A stretch of 64,000 nt of DNA from an uncultured delta proteobacterium (GTDB lineage: Bacteria > Desulfobacterota > Binatia > UBA9968): contig CAWJBB010000030.1 of the NCBI GenBank assembly GCA_963840855.1, positions 1 through 64,000 on the forward strand, written 5' to 3'. Below, piece after piece: positions 47,872 to 57,286 of this stretch; positions within the stretch are counted from its first letter, which is position 1, and every line of letters begins with the position of its first letter. The position numbers and the translations under genes are program-made. The notes under the pieces were generated by a model that saw nothing but the letters and a program-made list of their open reading frames with translations, had not been told where the DNA came from and made no database searches.

Positions 47872-48897
47872 TCAACGCTTCGCCCATGAGAAGAAACCCT
47901 CCTTCTCGACCTCCTTCAACGCGCTGTCGTCGATGAAATCAGCTGCCTTCTTGCCTGTAAGCTCTGCGACGTTAGCGCTTAAATCATTAATGTCCAAATC
48001 CATGCTTCTTTCCAATGGACGGGCATTGTGGGGTTTGCTGCCGAGGAAATAGTGGCTTTCATAATACGCATCGAGTAGCTGTTGATTGTCTTCCTTCATG
48101 TATTTTCGGATGGCGCGATAAAAAAGCTCCTTATTTTCCCTGGCCATTTTGACGGCATCGCTGAATGCTCTGAGCAGGGCTTTGACGTGATGGGGTCGGG
48201 TCCGCAAAAATTCGCGCGTGGTAATAAAATCACCGCCCGATACCTCGACTCCTTGCTCTTCTGTGCCGGTCAGGACATTGAGCTTTTTCCCTTGCAACTC
48301 AATTCTCGCAACTGAATTTTTGGTCGACATCACGGCGTCTAGTTTACCCGCGAACATAACGTTCATTCGGTCATAGGGGGAGGTAAAGCCGGTCGGCAGG
48401 AGACTGACGTCTTTATCGATCACCAAGCCCAGTTTCGGCAACAACCTGCGCAGCGCAAAAAAGTCGCCTGCGCCAAAGCCGGCAATACCGATGGTTTTAC
48501 CTTTCAGTTGCTGGATTGAATTGATCGGCGGGCGCGAAACCAAGACGTATTCGGTGGGGCCGATCGTGCCAACGATGACAATCGGCGCGCCGCGGGCGGC
48601 CGCCGTGACGGCCACCGAGCTCGCCGCCACCGCCATTTGGATCTCGCCTGCCAGAAGCGCCGCTGTATTGATGGCAGCGCCGCGAATATTGACGATCTGC
48701 ATGTCGAGCCCATACTTTTCAAACAGACCGAGATCTTTCGCGATGTACAAAGGAGCGCGGCTCTCCGCCAAGGTGGAATTAGACAAAACAAAGCGTTCTA
48801 ACTTTTTTCCCTGGGCGAAACTCAGATTGGCGAAGAAAAAAACAACGACAGACGTTAGGAGTATAGGTCCGAAATTGCATTGCGGCTTACTATACAT
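47872..48897 (-). CDS. NMT1/SsuA-family ABC substrate-binding protein
   Basis: Signal peptide; YIAKDLGLFEKYGLD, QLKGKTIG, FIDDSALKEVEKEGFF. Confidence 0.85.
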   Translation of the reverse strand: MYSKPQCNFGPILLTSVVVFFFANLSFAQGKKLERFVLSNSTLAESRAPLYIAKDLGLFEKYGLDMQIVNIRGAAINTAALLAGEIQMAVAASSVAVTAAARGAPIVIVGTIGPTEYVLVSRPPINSIQQLKGKTIGIAGFGAGDFFALRRLLPKLGLVIDKDVSLLPTGFTSPYDRMNVMFAGKLDAVMSTKNSVARIELQGKKLNVLTGTEEQGVEVSGGDFITTREFLRTRPHHVKALLRAFSDAVKMARENKELFYRAIRKYMKEDNQQLLDAYYESHYFLGSKPHNARPLERSMDLDINDLSANVAELTGKKAADFIDDSALKEVEKEGFFSWAKR

Positions 48898-48899
48898 AG

Positions 48900-48927
48900 T
48901 TCAAAGTTCAAGGTTCAATGTTCAACG
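48900..48927. repeat. Tandem heptamer repeat (GTTCAAN)x4
   Basis: gttcaaa gttcaag gttcaat gttcaac just upstream of the SBP start. Confidence 0.65.
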
Positions 48928-49004
48928 TTTTCAAATCCGTTGTGAACCGCACCAGCCTAATACCTGACTTTAAACGCTTGAACCGCTGCAATTGGAGCTG
49001 ACCG

Positions 49005-50153
49005 TTAATTTCCCTCGATGACTCCGGCGGCGTGAAGTTGAATCAGGTTTCTTCCGGGCAAACCAAGAGCCATCGCGTGACAGGCCGGCCGCTTGTCTTT
49101 GTCGGGGAAAGTTTCCAGCAGACTCTTCGTGACGACGTCCCGGGCGTGGTAATCGCGCAACAGAATGGTCAGGTGCGCCACGGAATCCATGGCGCCGCCG
49201 ACCTGTGCCATGAGCGCGCGGAGATTCTGAAACGCCAACTCAGTTTGCCGCTCAAGGGTCTCAGCCTGCTCTCCGGTTTTGGCATCGTAGCCGCCGATGC
49301 CGGAAGAAAAGAACCTGCTGCCTAGGGTGGCGCCCATCGGGATAGGATCATGATGCCCGACCCCCGGGATTTCAAAGTTTCTCCGTTTCGCTCCCAACGC
49401 GGCCGTGAACTGGAGCTGAACCAATGTTTCGCGCCCCTTTAGCTCGTCGTACATGATGGTTTTCCGCGCCGGCCGGTCGCCATCGTGGGGAAACATCTTC
49501 AACCATGCGTCGATCATTGCGGGTTGGTCAGCTTTATCGCGCAGAAATACCCACACCAGGCCGATATCTTCCGTGGTGCCGCCGGCTTGCTCAACCAGCG
49601 CTCTCATGTTTTGAAAGGCCTGGTCCATCTGTTGCTCGGTGCCCGCCACCTGCTTGTTGGTCTTCGGGTCCTGGCCGCCGATTACCGAGGAATACACCAT
49701 GTTTCCAGCCTTCGCTCCCATCGGCAGCGGGTCGCGGTGAGATAATCCCGGAATCTCCAAAGGCTGGCGTCCGCCTCCGGCTAGCGCGAGCGCTTGGAGC
49801 TGAACTTGGATTCCGTCGGGAAGCGGATATGTCGTTGTCTTTCTAGCGGGTCGGTTGTGTTCATCAGGGAAGGTTTGCAACCAGGGTTTGTTGATGAGTT
49901 GGCGTGCACTGGCGTCGCCGATGAAAACGGTCACATGGGCGATGTCATCGGTCCTTAGACCAGCCTGTTCAACCAGCGCTTTCAGGTTGCGGAAAGCCAG
50001 ATCAAACTGTTTTTCGGCGCCGTCGCCCAACGAGCCGGTGGCCGGATCTCGGCCGGAAATGGATGAGGAAAAAAAAGCGTTGCCGATGCGAACCCCCATC
50101 GGAATCGCAGGTTCGGAAGTCATTTGCGGTAAGAAGCTAGTTTGCCTACTCAT
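49005..50153 (-). CDS. Protein of three tandem RidA/YjgF domains
   Basis: Three repeats of P(I/L)PMG...SS.I.G.D..T...Q...AF.N..AL..Q.G......RPA...QL. Confidence 0.85.
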   Translation of the reverse strand: MSRQTSFLPQMTSEPAIPMGVRIGNAFFSSSISGRDPATGSLGDGAEKQFDLAFRNLKALVEQAGLRTDDIAHVTVFIGDASARQLINKPWLQTFPDEHNRPARKTTTYPLPDGIQVQLQALALAGGGRQPLEIPGLSHRDPLPMGAKAGNMVYSSVIGGQDPKTNKQVAGTEQQMDQAFQNMRALVEQAGGTTEDIGLVWVFLRDKADQPAMIDAWLKMFPHDGDRPARKTIMYDELKGRETLVQLQFTAALGAKRRNFEIPGVGHHDPIPMGATLGSRFFSSGIGGYDAKTGEQAETLERQTELAFQNLRALMAQVGGAMDSVAHLTILLRDYHARDVVTKSLLETFPDKDKRPACHAMALGLPGRNLIQLHAAGVIEGN

Positions 50154-50181
50154 GATATCCTCCTGATCGGCGGCCCGACCT

Positions 50182-50592
50182 TCATACTCCCAAAGCGTTT
50201 AAGCCAATTTGCGCCATCTCGACGTCACGTTGACGCGGACTGCCGCCCGAGGCGATGGCGCCTACGATTTGATTACCGGATCGGACGACCAAGCCGCCCT
50301 GCAGAGTAGTCAGGGAAGGGTCGCCATAGTCGCTAAGGCTGCGTCCTGCGTCCTGTATGTCTTTCTTAAACGCGACAGTATCTCTGCCCATGACCGCCGC
50401 CGTATAAGCCTTTCTAATGGCATAGCGCAGAACACGGGCGTGGGCTCCGTCCATGCGCGCGCAGGTAATGAGATCGCCGTGATTGTCGACAACCGCTACG
50501 GCGACAGGCCGGCCGTCTTTTTTGGCTTGGTCGAACACGGCGGCAATGGCGCGTTGCGCTTCCTCCAGACCTAACGAAAGCTGTGGCACCAT
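50182..50592 (-). CDS. GlcG/HbpS (DUF336) heme-binding protein
   Basis: VAVAVVDNHG...RMDGA...AIRKAYTA...GG....VGAIASGG. Confidence 0.85.
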   Translation of the reverse strand: MVPQLSLGLEEAQRAIAAVFDQAKKDGRPVAVAVVDNHGDLITCARMDGAHARVLRYAIRKAYTAAVMGRDTVAFKKDIQDAGRSLSDYGDPSLTTLQGGLVVRSGNQIVGAIASGGSPRQRDVEMAQIGLNALGV

Positions 50593-50844
50593 ATTTTCTC
50601 CTCCAATTTGTGACAGACGCGGGGCGACTATTGTTTTGTTGAAATTTTGCCAGAAGCCGAAGCAAGCCTACATAAGCCGGTGAGGGTTTGTCAAATTCAT
50701 GTTCGTCGTTCGGTTAGCTCAAGACCCTGAGCAAAGTCGAAGGGTGGTTCGTGCTCGCATTTATTCACGCGTATCGTTTCACGCACACGATCGCCATGGC
50801 CACGCGCCGCGAATTGGTTGCTATATCAACTGAACCGGGATGGC

Positions 50845-51150
50845 TTACGTGGGTTTAAGGAAATTAGCGATGGTCGCCACGATAAACGAGCCGACGAAGC
50901 CGATGATGAGATCAAACAGCCAGGAAAATTGGGGTATTAGTTCCAAAAGTTCCTTGAGCCCGAGAAGAAATACGAGGAATTGACCCAGGAAGAAACCGAG
51001 TAAGCCGACGACGATAAACAACAGACTAATGCCCTTCCAGTCGGAGGCGACGGCCTTACAGGCGGCGAAACCCGTGATGAGGACTATGATTATAGTCGCC
51101 GCCAGATTTTCCTGCATATATAAAAGAACTTCCCGCGCTGTTTGTTCCAC
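50845..51150 (-). CDS. Small membrane protein (3 TM)
   Basis: Hydrophobic helices; abuts the thiE stop. Confidence 0.6.
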   Translation of the reverse strand: MEQTAREVLLYMQENLAATIIIVLITGFAACKAVASDWKGISLLFIVVGLLGFFLGQFLVFLLGLKELLELIPQFSWLFDLIIGFVGSFIVATIANFLKPT

Positions 51151-51151
51151 G

Positions 51152-51781
51152 TTACGATCTCTCGAGGAGTTTTAGAATCGTCTCAGCGGCTAATTTGGGA
51201 TCAATCGCCGCCATGACCGCGGAGATCAAGGCAACTCCCCTAACGCCCGCGACCACGACCGCCCCGACGTTATCCGGTTTGATTCCGCCTATAGCATAAA
51301 CGGGCAAGGCAACATTTTCCACTATTTTTTTTAACGCTGGCAGTCCCTGGGGGGCGCCATAGGCAGCCTTCGTCGGCGTGAAATAAACCGGACCGAATAA
51401 AACAAAGTCGGCGCCGCGCCGTTCTGCCTCCCTGGCTTCTTCAACGGAATGTGTCGATGCGCCGATCATGCGATCAGCGCCCAACAGCTCGCGCGCGGTC
51501 TCAATGGGAAGAGACGTTGTTCCCAGTTGCACGCCGTCGGCGCCAACGGCGCGGGCGACATCGATCCGATCATTAATGAAAAGCGCGGCTTGATAGCGGG
51601 CGCAAAGGGCGCGGACTTTTTCCGCGAGCAGAAACAATTGCTTGCCGTCAAGATCTTTTTCTCGAAGTTGGATGGCTTTGACGCCGCCGTCGAGTGCCTG
51701 CTCCAAAACCCAGAGCATATCTCGTCCCTGGGTCTGACTTCGGTCGGTGACCAGATAAAAGTCGAAATCAGGAGTAGGCAC
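51152..51781 (-). CDS. thiE: Thiamine-phosphate synthase
   Basis: IQLREK, INDRID, GASTHS, GPVYFTPTK, YAIGGI. Confidence 0.95.
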   Translation of the reverse strand: MPTPDFDFYLVTDRSQTQGRDMLWVLEQALDGGVKAIQLREKDLDGKQLFLLAEKVRALCARYQAALFINDRIDVARAVGADGVQLGTTSLPIETARELLGADRMIGASTHSVEEAREAERRGADFVLFGPVYFTPTKAAYGAPQGLPALKKIVENVALPVYAIGGIKPDNVGAVVVAGVRGVALISAVMAAIDPKLAAETILKLLERS

Positions 51782-51790
51782 TTGAGGCGA

Positions 51791-52564
51791 TTATCCCAGG
51801 ATTCCTTCCAGTGGGCTGGAAGCGGTGGCGTATAGCTTCTTAGGAATCCGCCCCGCCAGGAACGCCTTTCTGCCTGCTTCGATGCCGAGTCGCATCGCTT
51901 CGGCCATGAGAATCGGGTCTTTGGCGCCGGCGATAGCGGTGTTCATCAAAACACCATCGCACCCCATCTCCATGGCCATGGCTGCGTCCGACGCCGTGCC
52001 GACACCGGCATCGACGATTACGGGAACGGTTGCCTGTTCCAGGATGATGCGGATGTTGTACGGATTTCGAATTCCGAGCCCCGAGCCGATGGGAGCGGCG
52101 AGCGGCATCACCGCAGCGCAGCCGATGTCTTGGAGCTTTTTCGCGGTGACCGGATCGTCGGTGATATAAGGGAGGACGACGAATCCTTCTTGCACCAGGA
52201 TTTTCGCGGCTTCCAGAGTCGCCGGAATATCCGGGAAAAGCGTCTTATCGTCGCCGATAACTTCCAGCTTGACCAACTTCCCTACCCCCGCCTCGCGCGC
52301 CAGGCGGCAGGTGCGCACGGCGTCGTCGGCGTTATAGCAGCCCGCGGTGTTAGGGAGGATTGTGTATTTCTTCGGGTCGAGATAGTCGAGCAAGTTTTCT
52401 TTATTCGGATCGGTGATATTGACGCGGCGCACGGCGACGGTGACGATATCCGCGCCGGAGACTTCGATGGCCTTTTTGGTCTCGGCAAAGTCTTTGTATT
52501 TGCCGGTGCCGACGATGAGCCGGGACCGGTATTTGACGCCCGCCAATTCAAAATGATCTTCCAT
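51791..52564 (-). CDS. thiG: Thiazole synthase
   Basis: [45 protein letters not shown]. Confidence 0.97.
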   Translation of the reverse strand: MEDHFELAGVKYRSRLIVGTGKYKDFAETKKAIEVSGADIVTVAVRRVNITDPNKENLLDYLDPKKYTILPNTAGCYNADDAVRTCRLAREAGVGKLVKLEVIGDDKTLFPDIPATLEAAKILVQEGFVVLPYITDDPVTAKKLQDIGCAAVMPLAAPIGSGLGIRNPYNIRIILEQATVPVIVDAGVGTASDAAMAMEMGCDGVLMNTAIAGAKDPILMAEAMRLGIEAGRKAFLAGRIPKKLYATASSPLEGILG

Positions 52565-52568
52565 AGTT

Positions 52569-52769
52569 TTAACCTCCGCCCACGAAGTGGACGATCTCAA
52601 GCGCGTCGCCTTCTTTCAAGGCCGTGGACCCATGCGCCTCGCGGGTAATTATATTACGATTGAGTTCCACGACGACGCGGCCCGGCCGGATCTGAAGCTC
52701 GTCGAGTAACGCCGCAAGGCTCAGTCCCTCTTTGATTTCTTTCTCTTCGCCGTTAATCCGTATATTCAT
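52569..52769 (-). CDS. thiS: Sulfur carrier protein ThiS
   Basis: 66 aa ending EIVHFVGGG. Confidence 0.95.
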   Translation of the reverse strand: MNIRINGEEKEIKEGLSLAALLDELQIRPGRVVVELNRNIITREAHGSTALKEGDALEIVHFVGGG

Positions 52770-52775
52770 TTGCAC

Positions 52776-52826
52776 AAAAAAACCGTATTCGCGACGGCCA
52801 TCCAACGGTGGCCAGGGAATACGGTT
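52776..52826 (-). terminator. Riboswitch expression-platform terminator
   Basis: Minus strand ccgtattc...gaatacgg followed by T7, between aptamer and thiS. Confidence 0.6.
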
Positions 52827-52870
52827 TCAAGTTTGCCCCGTGGCGCGGTTACGCCGGGGCCATCACTCTC

Positions 52871-52965
52871 ACGCTTCCCTACGCCGGCGCTAGCCGGATC
52901 AGGTTCGAAGGGTTGCCTGATGAAGGGTCAGGCTCTCAGTCCGCTAAGACAGACACCCCTAGCAT
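52871..52965 (-). ncRNA. TPP riboswitch
   Basis: Reverse complement GCTAGGGGTG...CTGAGAG...ACCCTTCGAACCTGATCCGGCTAGCGCCGGCGTAGGGAAGC; upstream of thiSGE. Confidence 0.93.
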
Positions 52966-53063
52966 GGGAGAACCCTTAACAAAGGGAAGAAATCAAGTCA
53001 AATTGTGGGCTCTGCTCGCAGTCATGAACCTACCCAGAATCAGCGCGCAGTTCCGCCCAAGTG

Positions 53064-53909
53064 TCAAAGCCCAACGGCGACGCTGGCGTAGCCGACGACT
53101 TTTCTCATGGGAGCCACATCGCCGGAATGGCAATGCTTCAGCAGCCGTGCCTGTGTTGCGCCCAAAGCTTTGGCGGCGCAGAGCATGACCGCCGTCGGCA
53201 GAACTCCGCACATACTGATTCGTTTCTCCTCAACGATCTCAAGCAGGCCAGCGGCATCCAGCGCAATGACTCGTTCGAGCGCCAGATGATCCAGCTCCTC
53301 GGTTTCTCTCGGTGAGAGATAGTGACTGAGATCGCTGCTCGCCAAGACAACGGCCCTGTGCCCGGAAGCGACTTCCGCCGTGCAAGCCGCGGCGATGGCC
53401 GAGCCGAGCTCCGCGCATTCGTCCAAATCCAGGCGCGAAAGCGAAATGGGGAGGAAAGTAAAATCCTCCAAGACCCGCGGCAAGAACGGCAACTGCACTT
53501 CGATGCTGTGTTCCTCGGCGTGGGCGTCGTCGTCGCGCGTTAAAAACTTGACCCGCGCTGCGAGAAAATCATTCAGCGCGGTGTCGACGGAAACCTCTCC
53601 GGAGGGAATTTGCCAACTCTCGCGACGGCTCAGCGCGGCGCGATGCCCCCGTGCCCAATGATTTACGCCGAGCAGAATGACGCGCTGGATGGATTTGTCC
53701 AGCGTTGCATAGAAATGCGCCGCGCAGGGGCCCGAATAGACATAGCCGGCATGGGGCACCATGCCGGCTATGAGTGTAGTTGAGGGGGACCGGATTCCTT
53801 TCGGCCCCAACGGACTGTCGTTGAAGCACTCGTCGATGAGTCCACTGAGTTCGTCCGGATTGGACGGATAGAATGAACCGGCCACTGCCGGTGGTCGAGG
53901 GCGGTTCAT
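53064..53909 (-). CDS. MEMO1-family (AmmeMemoRadiSam B) protein
   Basis: RPPAVAGSFYP, PHAGYVYSG, EHSIEVQLPFL, SSDLSHY, MCG, VGYA. Confidence 0.9.
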   Translation of the reverse strand: MNRPRPPAVAGSFYPSNPDELSGLIDECFNDSPLGPKGIRSPSTTLIAGMVPHAGYVYSGPCAAHFYATLDKSIQRVILLGVNHWARGHRAALSRRESWQIPSGEVSVDTALNDFLAARVKFLTRDDDAHAEEHSIEVQLPFLPRVLEDFTFLPISLSRLDLDECAELGSAIAAACTAEVASGHRAVVLASSDLSHYLSPRETEELDHLALERVIALDAAGLLEIVEEKRISMCGVLPTAVMLCAAKALGATQARLLKHCHSGDVAPMRKVVGYASVAVGL

Positions 53910-53929
53910 AACTTCCAGCTCTAGGCCCG

Positions 53930-54874
53930 CTACGGCGCTGCGATCACCACTTCCAGCGTACCGATGCCTTCGACTTCGCCCTCTACTTTGTCGCCGGGAT
54001 TGAGAAATACCGGCGGCGTGCGCGCGAAGCCGACGCCGGAAGGCGTTCCCGTGCTGATAATGTCTCCCGGCTCCAGCGTCATCCCGCCGGACAGAGATTC
54101 GATAATCGTCGGTATGTCGAAGATCATGTCGCGGGTATTGCCGTCTTGCATGACTTGGCCATTGACCCGGCAGATGAGCCGCACCTGTTGCGGGTCGGGC
54201 ATGGCGCTCTTATGCACGATCCAGGGACCGAGAGGGCAAAGGGTGTCTAAGGCTTTGCCTTTGAACCACTGGCCGTGGATGCGCTGCAGCTCACGCGCGG
54301 TCATATCGAGGCAGACCGTATAGCCGAAGATGAAATCGTAGGCTTTAGCTTTGGGAATGTCGCGGCCTTTCTTGCCGATGATCACGGCGAGCTCGACTTC
54401 CCAATCGAGCTTGTCCGTTACTTTGTGTTTGATCACCTTGCCCAGATGGCCAATGACCGACGTCGCTGGTTTGGTGAAGAATACCGGATAGTCGGGGTAC
54501 TTGATTTCCAGGGACCGCGCTCTGGCGCCTTCATCGACATGCTCGCGATAATTGATACCGAGCATCATGCAGTTTTTTCGCGGCGTCGGGATCGGCGAGA
54601 TGATCTTGGCCTGGTTGGGTTTCACCAGAGCGCCGGCGGCGCTGAGTTTTTTTTGCGCGTCGGGGTTTTTTTCCGCGACGTATTTTTCCGCTTTCTTGGC
54701 TGTTTGAACGGCCTTGCCGCCGGCCTCGATAAACGCCTGCATGCTCGCCAAAAAAGGCTGATTGCCGCCCTTTAGATAACGGCGATTGACCTCGGCGAGA
54801 TCGATGATCTGCTCCTGCGGACCCACAAGGCCGAGCCGCTGTTGATTCTTGCGTGTGAAAGTAACTAAGCGCAT
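53930..54874 (-). CDS. Fumarylacetoacetate hydrolase family protein
   Basis: GINYREH, FFTK, DWEVEL, DMTAR, GKALDT, TGTPSGVG. Confidence 0.9.
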   Translation of the reverse strand: MRLVTFTRKNQQRLGLVGPQEQIIDLAEVNRRYLKGGNQPFLASMQAFIEAGGKAVQTAKKAEKYVAEKNPDAQKKLSAAGALVKPNQAKIISPIPTPRKNCMMLGINYREHVDEGARARSLEIKYPDYPVFFTKPATSVIGHLGKVIKHKVTDKLDWEVELAVIIGKKGRDIPKAKAYDFIFGYTVCLDMTARELQRIHGQWFKGKALDTLCPLGPWIVHKSAMPDPQQVRLICRVNGQVMQDGNTRDMIFDIPTIIESLSGGMTLEPGDIISTGTPSGVGFARTPPVFLNPGDKVEGEVEGIGTLEVVIAAP

Positions 54875-55041
54875 GAAACCCTCCGCAATAGAAGTTTTTC
54901 TCTCAGGCTTCGACGCCCGGGTGATCGGTGCGATTGAATTGCTCCTCGGACAGCTATCCGAGGGTATGATAATTGTCAAGGATATTTACCGGGCTGATGG
55001 AAATATTTGCCTGTTGACAGCGGCAATGGTAGTTTTCGGCC

Positions 55042-55269
55042 ATGAAACGAAAAAAGGATAGCCGCACCACGATGAGAGAAGGGGACCGCATTCTGATCAA
55101 TAAGGGGATCTCCAAGAAAGTCATGATCATCGCGCGGGTCGAAATACCTCATTCCAACGAAAGAATTTTTGTCACCAAATCCGGCGGCAAGTACACAATC
55201 GGCCTTAAGGTGTGGAGGTCCGACTACGCATGGAATGATAAGAACCAGATGTGGATGCCGAAACGTTGA
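55042..55269 (+). CDS. Small basic hypothetical protein
   Basis: 75 aa, beta-rich pattern; TTGCCT-N17-TAGTTT-N6-ATG promoter geometry. Confidence 0.55.
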   Translation: MKRKKDSRTTMREGDRILINKGISKKVMIIARVEIPHSNERIFVTKSGGKYTIGLKVWRSDYAWNDKNQMWMPKR

Positions 55270-55385
55270 GGCGATGTACAAACGCCCGTTTCGTGCATTG
55301 CTAAAGCGCTACACGTCGCACAAGGATGGAGTATCGCCATAGTGGACTCTGCGAGATACCGAGATCCAAAAGTACCCGGCGCCCA

Positions 55386-56756
55386 ATGAAACGCGATCTT
55401 ACGAGCGCAATGACCGAGATCAAAAACGGCAAAGGAGCCCGTTGCCTGCTGCTTTTTGGCGATGACCTGCAGGTTCAAGAAACCTGCGCAGCGGTTATCG
55501 ACCTCCTGGTTTCCAAGGAGCAGCGGGGCTTCAATCTCGAGCGTTTCGACGGCCGCGTCGCGCCATGGGAACAGGTGCACGCATCGCTGATGACGCCGCC
55601 GTTTTTGCCGGGAATCAAGGTCTTATGGATCGAAAACGCCCCTTATTTCATATCCCGGGAACAAAAAGGCGAACTGGGAGAGAAGATCTTGCAACTCTGG
55701 GGTGACGGGAAGCGGGAAGAAGCAGGCAAGCTCTTGATCGACTTGCTGGTCGTCGAAGGATGGACCCAAGAACAGTGGGAGCGAACGGAGCCCGGCGCCG
55801 CGCGCGAGCTGGTTAAACTGCTCGGCGTCGAGGACGGCGGAGGCCAAAAAGAGCTGGAGGAAGTAGACGCGCTCCTGGCTTCTTGCAAAAGCCAGGGAAT
55901 TGACATGAGCCGGCGCCGGGGAGTCGAGGCGCAAGGGCTCGCGGAGTTACTTGAGCGAGGATTGCCGGAATGGGGGTTCTTACTGCTCACCGCGGTGCAG
56001 GTGGACCGGCGCATGCGCCTGTACAAGCGTTTCGATGAGCTGGGCGCGGTGTTTCATCTCGGCCTTGAGCGAGACCGGAGCGGCAGGGTAAGCCGCGAGA
56101 ATCTTTTGGAGTTCATCAACCAACGCATGCGCCAAGCCGGAAAAACCATGGAGCCCCAGGCGCGGGAAATGATCGTTCAGCGGGCGGCTTCCGATCTTAG
56201 AAACCTCAGTCAAGAATTGGAGAAGCTTTTCTTGTATGCCGGTGAGCGCGCCGCAATCCGGGCGCAAGATGTGGAAATGATATTCACGGACCAAGGCGAA
56301 GGCTGGGTCTTCGATCTCACCCACGCCATCGGCGAGCGCGACCCCTGGGCGGCGCTTTCCCAGTTGGCCCGCCTGATTTCTCGCGGCGAACATCCGTTGA
56401 AGCTCCTGGGCGCCATCGCCAGCGAAGCGCGCCGGCTGCTCGCCGCGCGCCAATTGCTTGACGGCGAGCTGCACGGGCGCTGGAGGCCGGGCATGTCGTA
56501 TTCGCAGTTTCAGCAACGGGTGTTGCCGCACGAAGCGCCGTTGCTCACGCGTAATCCCTACGGCGACTATATGTGTTTATTGCGCGCCGAGCGGTTTTCC
56601 CTGAGCGAGCTCTGCCGGTACATGGACGGTATTCACGACGCCGATTTCCGGCTGAAATCGAGCGGCGGCAATCCGCGGTTGGTGATGGAGCGGCTCGTCC
56701 TCGGCATGTGCCTGGGCGAAAAGAAAACAACGGCGGCGGCGAGAGCGGCGCAATGA
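55386..56756 (+). CDS. holA: DNA polymerase III delta subunit
   Basis: LLLFGDD, LMTPPFL, QELEKLFLY, VFDLTHAI, ADFRLKSSG..PRLVMERL; longer than typical HolA. Confidence 0.8.
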   Translation: MKRDLTSAMTEIKNGKGARCLLLFGDDLQVQETCAAVIDLLVSKEQRGFNLERFDGRVAPWEQVHASLMTPPFLPGIKVLWIENAPYFISREQKGELGEKILQLWGDGKREEAGKLLIDLLVVEGWTQEQWERTEPGAARELVKLLGVEDGGGQKELEEVDALLASCKSQGIDMSRRRGVEAQGLAELLERGLPEWGFLLLTAVQVDRRMRLYKRFDELGAVFHLGLERDRSGRVSRENLLEFINQRMRQAGKTMEPQAREMIVQRAASDLRNLSQELEKLFLYAGERAAIRAQDVEMIFTDQGEGWVFDLTHAIGERDPWAALSQLARLISRGEHPLKLLGAIASEARRLLAARQLLDGELHGRWRPGMSYSQFQQRVLPHEAPLLTRNPYGDYMCLLRAERFSLSELCRYMDGIHDADFRLKSSGGNPRLVMERLVLGMCLGEKKTTAAARAAQ

Positions 56757-57286
56757 GAGCGACCAAAGCGGCCGCAATCGTCATTGTCCTCTTAACCTAC
56801 GCGCCCGCGACGGCCGAGATGGTCGTGCAAGCCTGTTTCAGCCCGAGGGGCATGTGCGCCGGGCATCTTCTGCGCGAGATCGGGCAAGCCAGAAAGGAAC
56901 TTTTGGTGGCGGTTTACGCGTTTACCAGTGATGAACTTGCCGGGGCGCTGGCGCAGGCCAAGAAGCGAGGGGTTGCGGTGCAAGTCGTTCTTGACCGCGA
57001 ATTCGACGCGCGCAGCGAAAAATCCAAGGGCAAATTTTTGGAAGGACAAAAGATTCCCGTCCGGCGCGTTTCCGGATTGAAGCCCAATACACCCGAGAAA
57101 GATGCGGGGCTGATGCACCAGAAATTCGCCGTCATTGACCGGAAAAATGTTTTTACCGGCTCTTATAACTGGACCCACTCGGCCGAAAGCTTCAACGATG
57201 AGAATCTTTTGCTCTTCCGGGATGCCGGGGCGCTGGCGGAGGAGTATCGGAAAATATTTTTGGAGCTCTGGGAGCGCAAGTCATGA
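56753..57286 (+). CDS. Secreted PLD-family nuclease (Nuc-like, single HKD)
   Basis: HQKFAVID...TGSYNWT...NDEN; signal peptide; ATGA overlap with holA. Confidence 0.85.
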   Translation: MRATKAAAIVIVLLTYAPATAEMVVQACFSPRGMCAGHLLREIGQARKELLVAVYAFTSDELAGALAQAKKRGVAVQVVLDREFDARSEKSKGKFLEGQKIPVRRVSGLKPNTPEKDAGLMHQKFAVIDRKNVFTGSYNWTHSAESFNDENLLLFRDAGALAEEYRKIFLELWERKS

